Notes: a model not told the origin generated them from the letters alone. 64,000 nt of DNA from Octopus sinensis (GCF_006345805.1 NW_021829832.1:310001-374000); one strand, 5' to 3'; positions 26,608-41,400 are shown, numbered from the stretch's first letter. Translations and numbers: made by a program.

Positions 26608-27761
26608 ATGAGAACAATTTTGAAGTCCTCTACCCTTAATATTCTTACCCGTCGCCCATTCAAGCAATATACTCACGAATATTTAAAAGAAATGTACAAT
26701 CGTCGCATTCTAGCTGGTCCTGAGCCTGAAAGGAGACGTTCAGAATGGATTAACTGGTTCATTCTCAATTAAAAAAAGCCAGGAATTACAACGCAGAAAT
26801 CTACGCCTTCAAAACCCGCCTAGGAGAGGAAATAGATGACGCGGTACTACGACAGTGTTTCGTTGACGAGTTTGTCCACATTCCTAATATCCAGATCTTA
26901 TAAGCATGTTGAATCCATGGCCGAACCGAACTCTCAAATGGCCATTGAAGGTATTTCTGTTTTTTAAATTTAAAGGACGAGTTCTGTCTGAACGTATTAT
27001 CAAGGCATTTGTTCGCCATTGCTGGGAAAGACTGCCTGAAGAAGGAGTAATGTTTGATACTATTTTTGACTTTTAGAGCCATTTCTGATTATCTGAACTC
27101 AAAATGTGTTATTTCTCATGTTGGGAGAAATATTGGCACTACTGATTTGATATACTCTCGGGTTGTCGGGATTTGTCATTTTAGGAGATCTCACCTTCCG
27201 ACGATGCTGTGGCAGCCTCTTTGTTTTCTTTAGTGCTTGCAATTTCTAGAAATGTGTTTTTATTTTAATATTTGGTTTTAGGGGTTTCAGAGAGCTGTGG
27301 ATTTTGTTTTGGATTTTGTAGCGCCTCAGCTTATTGGTAAGAACATTTTCGATATTTGGACGCCGAATGATCCTGTTAAAGAAATCCAAGACATTTCAGT
27401 CAGAAGTGGCTGTGAAAAAGTTGAGTTTCGGTTTGTGTCTCGCCTAATTGTTTTTTAGTGTTTTGAAGAAGTTTGGACTCAGCACAGTCACGGCAGCCTA
27501 TGTGGTTGGTTGTTATTTGAGTCGACGACTTATTGGCTATAGTATAGTCGTGTTATATATTTTTGATTAGGTGGTGGTGAAACATTGCCAATTGCAGTAG
27601 AAATGGCAGCGGTTAATTCATTAATGCGCTTATTTGGAGTTTCGTTTCACTGCTCTGATTCTCTCCCCTTTGGGCTTAGAGGAAGGGGGATAGAACTTGA
27701 TTTAGAGTCTGTCAATGTGAGTCTTTCACAATACAAATTTCATGTTGAGGCGATTCAATAA
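26608..27761 (+). CDS. MRPL44: Mitochondrial ribosomal protein L44
   Basis: YLKEMYNRRILAGPEPERRRSEWINWNYNAEIYAFKTRLGE and a C-terminal dsRBD-like YVVGCYLSRRLIGYSGGETLPIAVEMAA...ALMRLFG-type segment. Confidence 0.88.
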
Positions 27762-27979
27762 CACTTATTATTTATAAGTAAAGCGTTTTTGTGACTTATT
27801 ATTATTGAGAGGAATTTTTTTATTTTCAAATACTGTAGTTGAGATAATCAAATGGTTTAATTTGACATTTTTAAAGATCATTCATCCCAAGAATATTTGT
27901 TTTAATATGTGCCTAATGCGTTTGTCACAAGAATAGGAATATCTATTAATGGCTGAACTAAGTTTATTTAGGAAATGTG

Positions 27980-29504
27980 TCATTTAATGTCAGAACGAAC
28001 AAATATATTCCAATTGTCGTTAGTCTCATCCACTTCCTAAAACTGATTTGTTAAAAATACCACAAAGTTCTTCTGTTTGCAATTTTGAACTACATTTTTT
28101 GAAATGTCTTTTATATCTTCTTTATTGAATGGAAGTACATATTTACAAGTTTCGGCAACCAAACAGCAGTTTTGCGGGAAGAAATTATCGGGTAAATTGT
28201 TGATGTCTTTTGAGGAACTGAAAGTTATTAAACCAAAAATGTCAAACACACAAGAAAAGTAGATAATATTAAATAAATTCATATATCTGCTTTTGGCTGT
28301 CACATCTCGGAATGTAGTTATTGGTAAGAATGAGATTGTCACGTGGTTTCCTAAAATAAAAAAGGGTAGATACTGAGGTCTAAGAAATCTGATTCGTCTG
28401 AGTCTCCAAAGAAGAGATTGATGTCTTCAAACATGCTTGTTAAGTTAATCTCGGTCAAATCAGAGGCGGTCTGCCTCAGCTCTATTAACGGATTACCTTT
28501 TCATAGATTCCGTTATTTTTCTTGAAAAGAGTCTCATCGTCTGAATTTACACCAAACGCTATGAAAGGTCCAGTCGCAATGTCTCCCCAATAACCCGAAG
28601 TTTTCTGAATTTTAGAAAAATATTTTTACGTTGAATGAAGTAATGATTGTTCTGTTTGGTAATGTGTAACTATCCTCTCTCAAGTCAAACGCTATTCCAG
28701 TTTCTCGCCATTTTTTATAAACTCGGGAATTAATTATTTCAGCCTAAATAACTATTTCGATGAAACGTTTCTTTGACAGAGAATCATTGAAAAATCCCAG
28801 TCGTATATATTCCCACGTGAATCATACCTCGTGCCCAAATGATTACGTAATCGAAAGTCCCTAAGATGTGGGATTTATTAGCTTACCACAATTTCTCTGG
28901 ATCAACACTTTGATCCTGTTTATACCACGACTTAAGGATAGATTCTAGGTAGTCTATGTCTCGCATCTGAAAGAAGTACAAATAAAAAAAACTTTCATGT
29001 GAGAAAAATCAAAACATGGAACATTTTTTGATTTGAAATCATCATCGGTGATCAAATCGATTATGAATTTTGCTAGTTCTTTTAAAAGTTCGTTCGTTTT
29101 TTTTCGAATTTTAAAATTTCCGTATAATTCGGCAAATAATTCGGTTTTTTCTATTTATATTAGTTTTTAGAATAAAAACCATTTGTCCCGACTTTTTTCT
29201 GACTGAACATTGAGATTAACAGGAGCAATAAATGGCGACAAATTAAAGGCGGAGATTTTTCATAAATAAAAATCTAAAAATAAAAAGTTGAAAAAACGTG
29301 AGTTTTTTGTGTTTGACTTTGCATTTTGCTTATATATTTTATTATATGTCGACAGTCACCAGGCTCCACAAATAAAATATATTTGTCTAGTATTTAGTAA
29401 AATCTATTTGAAAAACCTTTAAGATCATTTTCAATCAAAGTGGACACGTCGAATGTCGGGGATCGACCCCAAAAACTTTGCAATTCAAACTTATCTAATT
29501 TCAT
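27980..29504 (-). CDS. DNAAF3: Dynein axonemal assembly factor 3 (PF22)
   Basis: [81 protein letters not shown]. Confidence 0.9.
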
Positions 29505-29602
29505 TGACGTTCCTAGGATATAATTTTGTTAAATAAACATTTTAAAATAATAACAAACAAATTAAACTTTATTTTTAAAACAAAAATTATTTTTGTATTG
29601 TG

Positions 29603-30565
29603 ATGAAGCCCTTAAAGAGTGAACAACTCACTCAATACGTTAAGAGATCATTAGTCACCAGCATATGTAAGCAAGAGAAGTGTATAGTTGGCATTGACGA
29701 GGCTGGCCGAGGTCCAGTTTTGGGTTTGTACTTAAAATGCTCGAATTAATAGGTCCAATGGTCTTTGGAGCATTTGTGGTCCCTTTATCTAAAAAAAAAA
29801 TTCTGAATGATCTAGGAGCAACTGGTAAGCATGAAAAATAATTTAGATTCAAAAACACTTACCGCCATCAAACGTAAAAAAATAGTCGAGGAAATTGAAA
29901 ACGGTGTAAACAAGGGTTCACTGATGTGGATCGTCAAATATGTGTCCCCACTGTATATCTCTAACTGCATGTTATTGGAAAATAAGCACAGTCTCAACGA
30001 CGTCTCATTTGATTGCGTTACAAGTCTAATTCAGACTCTGATTGATGATGGAATAGACATTGAAACTGTTATTATTTATTTTCCTTACTCTCAGGTTTAT
30101 GTCGATACGATTGGAGGACCGACTTCTTGTCAAGGAAGACTAAACTCGATATTCAAAGGGGCAGTCAAGTTCAATGTGAGCAAGAAGGCTGATCTACTTT
30201 TCCCTATTGTCGGGGCTGCCAGTATTTGTGCCAAAGTAGCAAGAGACGAAGCCCTCTCTTCGTGGGATTTTCCTGAGGGACTTGGCTATACTTCCGACGA
30301 TTACGGCTGTGGGTATACTAATGGTTTATGTTGGTATATTATGATTAGATTCGAAGACTATTGAATTTCTTAATCAGAGTGTTGATCCACATTTTGGATT
30401 TAGTTCGATAGTTCGCTCCAGTTGGGAGACAGCTCGGAAAATTGGTGAAAAGAAATGTGTGAAAGTCGAATGGTATTTTTTGTGTTTGATTGTGTTAGGG
30501 CAGAGGATGAGAGAATTGTTTCTCCTCATTTTTTTAAATCCCGACACCTTTCTAGGATGGAGTAG
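29603..30565 (+). CDS. RNASEH2A: Ribonuclease H2 subunit A
   Basis: GIDEAGRGPVLGPMV, DSKTL, VYVDTIG, KKADLLFPIVGAASICAKVARD, GCGYTNDSKT, FGFSSIVRSSW. Confidence 0.93.
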
Positions 30566-31062
30566 TGTTTGATATTTTTTTTAATTTTTTCAATTTGTAA
30601 TGACATTCAATATTTGATTATATGACATGGGCAAATATTTCGCCATGGGCAGCCTGCACATTTAGGTTTCATTAGACAGCGTAACAAATAGCATGTTATT
30701 TCACAACGTAATGAATAGGTGTTATTAGACAACGTAATCTTGTTCAATTCACGCTTAGAAGTCGAAATTCATGTTTAGGTCGAATTTTCAGATAGCGAGA
30801 AAACATCATTGTTGATGTCTCGTTTTGATTTATCTAATTATTGGGTTTATCATTGGGTATTGTACTCAGAGTGTTAACTTGCTACAGACGGAAATTGCAG
30901 CCTTGGAAAGAAAACTTCCAAATGGGAATTTATTTACTTAATTTTTATTCAGAACTTCAAGGAATAATAAGTATATTTAGAACATAAGAAAATGACAACA
31001 TATCCAAAAAACTAATAATGATTATAAAACTTATAGATTATCGTCTTTGACTTTGGTTAAGT

Positions 31063-34000
31063 TCATTCTGATTGGTTTTCATAGAAAAGCCTAAAAAATA
31101 ATTTATATGAAAAACGCGCTTTTTTATTTTCTGTTCTGTCAGATTTTTCTGTTGAGTTACAAGAATACGGAAACAAATATTCTTTTTGAGGGGTTTCCGT
31201 GAATTTTTTCTCCCGTCCAACATTTTGCTTAGATTCGAGATCGACAATAAACCGAACTCTATTCACGTCAATTTATGAAAACACTACTTTTTGTTAATCT
31301 TGGGAATAATCTTTTCTATTAAATGCTTCTTTTTTCTTTCTTCAACCCTATAATAGTCATCGACACATTCCTCTTCGAAATCCTGTATTTTCTCGATTTC
31401 TTCAGCTGTCAAAAATAATTCTAAAATGAAGCATTAATGTAATCATGAACTCAATCCACTCTCTTGTCGCACATTATAAGATTGCTTATTTTTGATATAT
31501 TTCAAAATAATTATCCTCGCCAATAAAAAGATGTTGAAAGGAGGCGGCAAGGTAGGTTTCTGTTCGTACTCAATAGTTAGTTGGTAACGACCAAATTTCC
31601 AAACTTTGTTTGAAATTGCATTTATTCGTGTAAAAGTGTTACTAAAATATAACAACTACCGCCAAACTTGAACACAGCAATCAAAGAATTGATGAGAAGA
31701 ATGTTTGCGACAATTAAATAGAGTGACATGATGACCGGAGACAGCCAACGTCCCACAATACATTTGACTGTCTTGCCACAATCGGCTAATAAGGTAAACA
31801 TGATTTAAAGTACGGTCAATATCGTCAGCAAATACTTCGCCGTAAAGCATAAAATATGGCTGATACAAAATGTCTCTGATTATATAAAACGAAGGCTTGC
31901 TGTCTGGATGGAGAATCCCATACCGGGCAACACCAAAGCTTAAAAGAACGATAGCGACAATTACTATATACGTCACCAAATCTTGCAACTATAAATGATG
32001 ACTAATTAGTAACCATAATGCCAATCATCATCACATAGGGTCCAAGGTTTTTGTCAACGCTGAAAATATCCAGTAATTTTATATACCAAAACAGGGCTCC
32101 AATACAGTAAAAGAGTCGCCCAACGTGGGTATCGAATTCGTAATAAATGCGACACCCGAATCCAACGAGGAACAGTGCCATGATTAATAGATTACAAATA
32201 TTCCAAAAATCCGTATAATATATTTTTAGTTTGCTCGGTAGTTTGAACGCATGTGACAGGTATATCTAGAATTGACACATTTTAATATACCTCCCAAATT
32301 GACTCCAAGGCCATTCCAACAATATAAAAAAGAATCAGCCACTCAGACCAGGAGACATGTTCTGGCTGTTTGACCACGCACATGAAGCTGTAAATTGGCG
32401 TGTATAGCAAATATACAATCTAAGAATAATGTAATCATATTAAACCGTATACATCCAAAATTTAGTTAGCGGTGCTGTATAGAACTCGTAGTACTTCTTT
32501 CGGATTCGTAGAGAAGTTTTTTTGGATTTATTAAATGGAGGAAAAAACAGGACTTTGTCGAGTTTTTCTGACGATTGAGCAGAATTTTCTCCATCGATGG
32601 ATTCATTTTGACAAATAAAAATTTCACTGGAGATAAACTGACTTTTTAGTCAAAAATAAACTTTGTTGCTCATTTGACTGGATATCGAATCAACGCTTGA
32701 CATGGATGGGTGATTCAAGTATTCTTCGACAGTCTGAGGCATGGCGTCGATCTCCTCCCGACTTTTAAACTCCATTAGCAGGACCAGAATTGGACACAAT
32801 ATCCCCAAAATGACCTAAATACTAATTTGGTCAAACCAACTTTAAGTGTTATATACTTGCTAGTTCGTAGGCCACCAATCCACATTTCAGTGATTAACAT
32901 TTGGCAGCAACCATGGGCAATAAAATCTCTGTGATTGGTGGAGACGGCAAGACTAAGACAGTTGTGATTGCTCCATTCTTTCATTTCATATGTAAGCAAC
33001 CGAAGAGTTATTTCATCGTCTTCGTGGTAACAATAGTCCAGGAGATTGTAAGCTAATTTTTTGAACTCACTAAAATGAGTGGTTAAGTCGACTTGGAATG
33101 AGCACGAAATATTTCCGCTATATCGAGATCCAGTCCATTTTGTATTACTTCCTTTGCCATTACTTTATACAGTTTGGACGAAACAATTGCCTGTGGACGG
33201 ATAATAACGAGATTTACCTTTGCAATTGCTTCTTCCCCGTATCGACACATGAACTTGGCCACGTTGTGGCGATTGGTGAGAACTGCCCAAATTGTGAGTT
33301 CGTTGAAAGGGTATTTCCCAGGCGTGAATTCATCAGGCTGGCTAAAATTCGACTCCGGGTCTTGTGTGTTGTTCTATAAATATTTTCAATAAAATACCGT
33401 TCTATCATAAAGCTTTAAGAACCGACTGGAATAATCCGTCTTATAAAGACCCCCCATTAGATATTCGATGATCAGTCCCACTTCAAATAAAGTTATTTTG
33501 TCCATTTTGGTCATCTGAATTCATTATTTGAACAGCAATCACTTTCCGAACTTCGCCAAGCAAGAATTTCATAATATTCGGTGTCTTGATCTCCTAGATT
33601 TGTAAATTTACATTCAATTACAGCTCGATATAAATCTTGAAGTCTGCTTAGGGTGAGATATCTGTGTAGAGAGACGTTATTTTCTAGGAACAGCTGTACA
33701 AACTCGTCGTCGTCATTCAGCAAAGCTTCAGTTAAAACATACTCAAGTTCAGAATCCTACTGTTAAATTATGGATAAGAACAGAAATGCTGGAAATTAAG
33801 AATGGCAATTGTGATTTGGCAATGTCAACCCTTCTCCACGTGACTAGCATTGTCAGAATATCTACTTTTTTCACGTTTATTTCTATTGATTTTGAAGTAA
33901 AAAAAATGACTAATTTTCGATTTGAGAATAGAAATCCATATTGCCTTGTCAAGAGAACTTTCGTCATCATCCGGGTCGAATATTGTAATCTATGTTAATT

Positions 34001-35356
34001 TATGAATTGATAAACGATTAAACCAAATAATCTAAAAATGATTGATAAATGATTAAATAGTAATATAATTGCGGTTAGATCATACAAAGTCCAGAAAATT
34101 TAGGCAGGAAATCAAGTCACAGGCAAGATTATGTGTTTCTGAATGTGAACAATTGAACGTCTTGTTGATCATTGAAACTAGCTCATCGTACTGATGAGAT
34201 CCGATTTTGCTATAAAATGAGCTTATTCTTTAACCAATCCGGATTGATTTCTCTCATGGTATTAGAAATAAGATTTGCAGCTCTTCCGGACCCGTTGATG
34301 ATAACCACAGGAAGAGGTGGAGACTCCCTTAGTGACTTTTTTACTATATTAATCATGCTTTTTCCGCCGTCGACAATTATACACACAGTAGGAATGTCAA
34401 ATGATCCCATTTTTGAGGCTAAATTAATTATTCTACAATATTATCAATCACCTGTAAAGGGGACCTTCATATGATTCATGTACTTCTCAAGACGTCTTCT
34501 GAAATTGATCTCAGTTCCATAAATGTCCACACTGCCGTCATCAACCAGCAAAAAGTGCGAATGGCCATTATTTAGACTTAAAGAACCATTTTTAATGGCA
34601 TTTCGAGCATCATATTTGACCACTGTCTTAAACTTAATTACTAAAAACAAACTGTTGTGTTTATGAGTCTATGACGGTCAGAAACGACACCCCAAGGAGA
34701 AATCCCAATTAACGCAAATTTTGACCGATCACGTCTTGAACAGTCTGACAGTGATTCCCCAATGTCTTTGATCGCTCCTGTTTGTTAGATTAATCCCCGA
34801 ATAAAATGTACCAGCATTTATTCCAGTTGTGAGAATCCAAGCATTGGTCGTTTTGGCACATTCAATCAATCCCCTTCTGATTATCTTTAAGATTTTTTTA
34901 TTCAAATCAAAGTTCCTCATTCCCCCGTAAACAGAAATGACTAATTTTGGGAGGTTCAGTCCCCAGTGCTCTGTCAAGAGTTGAATAACTTTATCAATTT
35001 TAGTCGAATTGGATAAACGGATATACTAGCAAGTTGTATTGGGAATAAAAAACTCGGGCTTTAGTTTGTCTGACTACACCGTAAAATTCGAGAGATCCGT
35101 AGGCGTCAGTTGCGTCGAGGAAAGTGTGGTCACTCGAATTCCACCTTTCCTTCGACAATTGAGAGTCTTCAGGGTGTTCGGAAAAATAGCGACCGCATTC
35201 ACATCTGTCGTGATTTATTATTTTTACTTATTTTCTGTTAAATTATTTTGGGAAAAACGGTTGCAAGTTTTTTTCTTGAATGTAGAGTATATCCATTTCG
35301 GATACTACGTTTGAGAAAAAAGTGAAGTATACATATATATCAAGATCAGCACTCAT
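31063..35356 (-). CDS. TRPM-family cation channel (last exon end approximate)
   Basis: WIYSTFKKKTC...CECGR, TDAYGSLEF, WGLNLPKLVISVYGG, LNNGHSHFLLVDDG, FIAHGCCQMLITEMW, YYEFYTAPLTKFW, LGPYVMMIGIM, YQPYFMLYGEVFADDID; TRP box VWKFGRY...LPPPF. Confidence 0.92.
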
Positions 35357-35649
35357 TTGACCTATAACATTAGTGAGTACAGTTTTTTAAATATATTTAT
35401 TTAGGTAAATGATGTCTTGTAAGTTAATTGAAGTAAATAAATTAACAAAATTATAATTAAATTAATTTTTAATTATTTATTATTCAGTTAAAAAAATCTA
35501 TTTTAAAAAACGAGAAATAAAATAAGTCTTAAATATGCATGTCCGTCTTTACAGATTAGAATTAATTTAGAAATGATAATATAAACAGTTTTGTTCTACT
35601 ACAAATCTATGTTCATAAAGTTTTGATTGCAAGAATTTAAAAATAGATT

Positions 35650-36450
35650 CGCACTATTTTGCAGGGCTAAATTGTGGACAGGATATCCGGAGTTCTCACT
35701 ATACCGCAAATGACCAGGATTCAATTCTGTGTTCCTTATTCTCGATCTTCAAATCGTTGACCTCAACAATTGATATGCATCCCTGTCAATCCACCTATTT
35801 CTGTACTTTACCTCATACTTCTGAGGGTTTTTCTTCCTCTAAATATACGCTTGGATTAAATCATCTACTTTGAGAGTATTCTGATGGTGCTTGTAAAAAT
35901 TGTTTGCTATAGCATCTCAAGTAAATAATGGAACTATATTCACTTTAGCAATGTGAATAAATGATACTTTACTGACAAGCTGGTAGTATTTATAAATCTT
36001 TTTAGATTTAAATTGTTTCAATAATTGTTGAAAAGTGATCCCAATCTCGATTGAGAGTATAGTTCTTTGTCTCAACCATCGCGAAAATGTCAGGTTTATT
36101 GTTTTGGATAATGAAATCCTATTTATTGTCCTACTGTATAATGAAGTGTCTTGAGTCTCTTTTATTGTTTAATTCTACACTTTCGATAAAGTTGCATCTG
36201 AATACGTCTAACTACCTCGTTATGTCTTCTAAAGTAATCACTGTCAGCATCCGACCACATTTTGTAGCCAATCACAGTGCTTCGCTCGTTTTCCGCGACT
36301 CCGAGATATCGATAGCCATCAATTCCATCAAGAAAACTTGTTTTTGCTGCCAATTTCTGCATGTTTGTATCCAATAGTCTTCACTCATCATCTTAACCAA
36401 TTTTTTTCTGTTCTGGGGAAAACTTTCAGATTATCCATAGACAGTAAACA
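35650..36450 (-). mobile_element. Internally deleted copy of the R4/Dong-like element
   Basis: DGIDGYRYLGVAEN is joined almost directly to DSDYFRRHNEVVR, then NKPDIF and IEIGI. Confidence 0.75.
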
Positions 36451-37343
36451 GTTAGTTATGTAAGTACGGAATCCATCATTTGTACTATCCCCAACTTTAG
36501 GATATTTTGATTTTAATATTCTACTTAAAGGGTCAATTAAAAGTACAAATATTCATGATGAAAATGTGTTTCCTTGCTATATCTCCGCTTGAATTGAATT
36601 TTTTTACTCAAATCAGCATACGTAGTCTTTATTCCGTCACTCGGTTATTTGTTAAAAATTTACATTCACTGTTCTCTTTTTTCGAACTATTTCTTCAAAA
36701 TAAAAAACATTCATTTTTGCTAAACTAAAAATAAGAATTCTCACTCACTCCTCTCAATCTCCGATAAAAGTATCTCCACACTTCTTTTTACAATATCTAT
36801 ATTGACACAATTTTTCTTTTCTATCGCCATTAAACTTAATAATTCTGTTCTGTTTAATAATTCATCTTACTTTTTTGAATTGTTTCTTCAGTTTAAGTGA
36901 TTTTTTAAATAAATTTTTATTCACGAATATTTAAACCTTCTAATCAAAACCTACTACAACGGAGTTGTTCATTTATAAAGAGAATTACTGGGGACACATC
37001 TGACCGCCTGTATTTCCTTGAACAAATCTTTCTGGGTAGTCAGGGGTAATGCTCAGGCTATCCGCCAAAAACTCTTTTCTTCTTTGGTGAAATTAATTTT
37101 ATATTTATGAATAAAAATTTATTTAAGTATTTTAGTTTGACGACTTTTTTCTTGAAAATGTTTATCCGCTACATTATACCCAGAAAATCTGTATTTTAAA
37201 TATTTTTTCGTATTCAAAACTTGGGGTAATTGGCGAGTGGTGATTTATCATATTTTTACTGAAAAGAGGATGACAAAATAAAAGGAAAATAGCGATTTAA
37301 ATAATCAAACCATTATAACGGATTATTAGATTATTAGTTTGAA

Positions 37344-39122
37344 TTACCAAATAGATTCATGTAATTTCTGGATATGAATAATAAGAATATACCTTCATTG
37401 TATCGCTATAGAAAATTATTTTAAGCGATGCACATCCAATTATTTCAGGAAAATTAGTCCAAATGACATCGTTCTCTGAAGAATTGCCGACTCTTTCTGG
37501 CCATACTCTAATGCAGACTAGCCCACTGAGTTTGATATCCAGAAATGTATATTCCTCTTCCACATCTTGATCAACTTGGATGTACAATTTATAATTATTT
37601 AGATCAATTTCCTTTAGTTTTAATCCATAAAATGTTCACAGTGGAGGTATGGTTTGTTATTTCTATACACTCTTCTTCCAAATTTAATTTCAGCGAAATC
37701 CGTTCTTTTATTCTAACCAATAAGAAATTGTGATAAAAACCGTTTTTCCTCGTTATCCAAGAGTTTTTTGTAAGTCAAAATCTCAGTCTGCAAGGAAACG
37801 TTGTCAGTTCTCAGAGAATCAAGTTTGTGTAGAGTTTCAGTCATGATTCGGCGTATCTCTTCAATCTCCCGATTTTTTTCGTTCATGAGAGGGTTGAACT
37901 CGTTTCGAATTCTCTGAAGGTCTTTTTTCAGGCCAGAAAGTTTTTTTCTTAATATATCGTTCTCAAAATAATCAAAAAGATTTTGACCTCAACGATGAGA
38001 TCTTTAATTTTGGCTTTCATGGAAGGTTCGTTATCATTAACTGTCATATACTGAGTCTGTAGTTCTGTCTTATTATTTATTCTTTGGAATGCAGAATTTT
38101 GAAAGTCTTCGAACTAAAAATATCTAAATTCCTCAAAGCCTTGTTTTTATAATAAGTTTCCAATTCAATAGTCTTGTGCTCAAGGCAATCTTCGTATTCT
38201 TTCTGTATCTCGTAAATGCAGTTGGCAAACTGACTGGACCACCATTGCGTGGATTTTGAACCAGGGACATTTGATACTATAAGCGAATATTCTCTAAGTT
38301 CCTACCAAACTTACTCGTTAAAATAATACAGATTCGTGAACGTCGGTCAAGAATTCAATTTCCTCCTGGAGAGACTGACATTGATTCAACAGCTCTTCTT
38401 TGGCCAAAATTTCTGAAATTAGATTCTATCAATATTTTAAATTCCAATGAAAATGCCTTTTTGACAGCCTCGATTTCGCATTTTAATTTTTCTATTTCTC
38501 TCTTTCCGCGAGTCTGTACTTGTTCGTAGTCATCAAGTTTTCGCTTTAAATTGTCTATTTCCGGTTCACAAATCATCAAAAAGTTTTTTTGCTGGCTAAG
38601 TTTGTTCAATTTATCTTCATTGAGATTGTTCGCTTCTTTGATTCTATTAAACTGATAAAATCGTTTTTACTCGTCATTCAGATTTGAAATCTCTTCATTT
38701 TGTGCTTCTCGTGCTAGTCTTGCTTCAAAAAGTTGTCTTTCGCTCTTATCGAGAAGATCTTTGATTTGGTTCATTTCCCAATGAAATTTATTTTTGATTT
38801 CGATGACCTCCTTTCCAATAATTCCTTTGTAATAGATCAATTGCTCCACCAAGTCCTTGTTTTTGCTTTCATCTTTGTGACATGAGTCGATATAATCTTT
38901 TAATCGGTTGTTCAGGATGTTCATTTGCTGTTTTTCATTTATTCGAGTGGTCTTTAGTGTTGACAAAATCAGTGTTGAGTCGTTAGTAAAGCTTTTCAAT
39001 GTTGCAGCAAGCAAAGTGTTGCTCGAGTTTCCTTGAAAGTTGTTTGGAACATTTAAAAAGTGAAAGTTTTGATTTTGAACTTGGTCATCGCTGTCCGACG
39101 AGGCTTCGTGAAGTGATTCCAT
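37344..39122 (-). CDS. Cytoplasmic intermediate filament protein, protostome type (long coil 1b plus lamin-tail domain, no CaaX)
   Basis: Coil 1A TRINEKQQMNILNNRLKDYID; QSLQEEIEFL; rod end LQTEILTYKKLLDNEE; LTD-like CIEITNHTST...IRVWP...DVIW; C-terminus KLHESIW*. Confidence 0.85.
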
Positions 39123-39399
39123 TGATACTAAGCTCCTCTAACGAGCAAAAGTTTATAAATCAAAGATTTTCCCGATCAAATAAATCGGTCAATCCCACAT
39201 TTTTTATCATAAAGCTCATATTTGTGTCAAAGTGAGGCCCATTATGCAACAAAGACATGATTAAATGATTTTAACTTGAAAAAAATTATCGTTTAAGACC
39301 AAGTCAGTTGGATATACCAATTCAAATGGATTTAAAAACGCTCAGAAGGCACCTAATGTCCACCCAAAAAAGACCATTAAATTCCTTTTCCTGGACACA

Positions 39400-41400
39400 T
39401 GTTTGTCCCAGAGCGATCCACTTTGCGGAGTTTGCATGAGTCCACGAGTTCAGAGGGCCCCCACCCGGAAGATTCCATATAAATCGATAAAAACAGATTT
39501 TATTGTTGGCTTAAATGCTACAATTAAAAAGTCTACAGATAATCAACCACCTGGTAATATCAATGGAATAACAGATATTATATATACAGGACGTATCACA
39601 GTTTGAAAATTAAAGAGTTGCGATCACAAACCTGAAAAGCAACATGGCTATGATACAAGATACCAAATTATTTCCTAATGATCCTACCCTCACATTTCCC
39701 AGTTAAAAGGGTGAAACAAGGCGATGGACTGTTAACTCTAGTCACAAATAACTTGAAATGTATAGACATCTCCTCGGAAATGGTGAAACTTATCGAAGCT
39801 GATGAGGTTACCGAAATAACTGGGATCTCGTTTGGTACAACGAAGGGAAAACTATAGCTGGTTAATATGCCATTCCGCCCCCTGATTCTTGTCAAAAGAG
39901 TTATATCTTGCTAAATTTCTCAAAACTTACATGAATTGACGAGGTCATAATTTGCGGGGTTCTGAATTTGAAACATTCGTATGGCTGTAAACTCAGTCGG
40001 CTGATATGAGAGGAGATTTTTTACTGTCTCAAATAAACTTCATAACAATACTGAATGATTCATCCAGAAACACAAGAACTCATTGTACAAGCCTACGGCA
40101 CCTGATGTAACACTTTGCTCTTTATCTTTAAATCTATTATTGATTAGTCATTCTATTACGAAACAAGAAGCGACAACAATTCGATTGTGGGAAGGATCTA
40201 AAAGGAAGTAAACTGTAGGAGATTTCCCAATAAATACAATTACAATGCTGCCGAACTGGACATGGTACCAAGAAATCTTGGAAGTCAAACTAAAGAATTT
40301 TTATCTAGATAGCTTCAGTTCTCTTGCCAAAGCCATTAGCTACTTACGAAAATAATTTTGGAAGCAAAATCAAGAATCAATTAAATTCTAAGAGTGGTCG
40401 AAAAGGTCTGCCTTGGTCAAAGAAATTAATCATTTCGAGAAATCTAACCGGATGAAATTGAATATAAAGCTCCGGAGCCAAACATTGAATAATGAAGTAA
40501 AGGCCAAAGAGCAAAGGACTCAGAGTTTGAAATGGAACCTGGTCCTTACATGCTGTAAACAGAAATTGAGTGACATGAGAAGTTCCCGGTTATTCTATTA
40601 AAAAATCCTAGTGACGGAGGAGTTACCTTTCTAGCAGCTATCTTCAGATACTCTATCAACCAAAATGTGATACCGTCATGATGGAAACATGCACTAATAA
40701 GACACGTGTCTCTTTTATGCTCCATTTCAAAAATTTTGGAGAGGTTGGTGTTTGGAAGAATAAAAGAATTTTTAATGGAAAGGCCATTTTAGCATATGTT
40801 CAAAAATTATAAGTTCACATCTTTGTCTGATTTCATTTGTGCTAGATTTGCAAACAAACCGAGACACTTAAAAGCAGTGCATATCTGTTTCGTCGATATA
40901 CAAAAACTTTTGATTCAGTTTTAAAGAAGATTCTATAAAGGAAAATATTTCCAGAGTTTCCAGGGAAGCTCAAACTATGGATCATAAACTTCCTAAGTGA
41001 CGAAGGGGTAGGTTGTGACTATAGAAGTCAGAGGATCTTAGGAATGACTCTTGATATGCATTTCTGTTTTTCTTCACATATAGATAACATACTTTTGAAA
41101 TGCGAAAAAAATAAACGTCTTGAAAAGCTTATTTGGAATATGGAGGAGTGGGTTCTATCCGGTCTTGGCAAACAAATCGCGTCGATACATCGAAACTTTT
41201 TTTGCGCTTCATGAAGACCGCTTTTATCTTAAACAAACAGAAGAAAAATTAAGGAAACTGAATTAAAAGCGTGCAGAATAACCGATCAGTCAAGACTGTA
41301 CGAAAATTAGCAATCAAGAATGCCTAAACACAATTCTATAATTCATTATTCAAAAATTTCTCTTTTCACTGCCCATTATTTTTACAAGGTTAGTTAAAGC
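39400..41400 (+). mobile_element. Degenerate I-like LINE (APE plus RT remnants)
   Basis: QGDGLLTLV, IICGVLNLKH (GDFN-like), KILERLVFGRI, ICFVDIQKLFDSV, KLWIINFLSD, ILGMTLDMHFCFSSHIDNI. Many stops. Confidence 0.65.

Noticed and set aside
37344-39122. Nuclear lamin call
   Set aside because: No NLS between rod and tail domain, and no CaaX ending.
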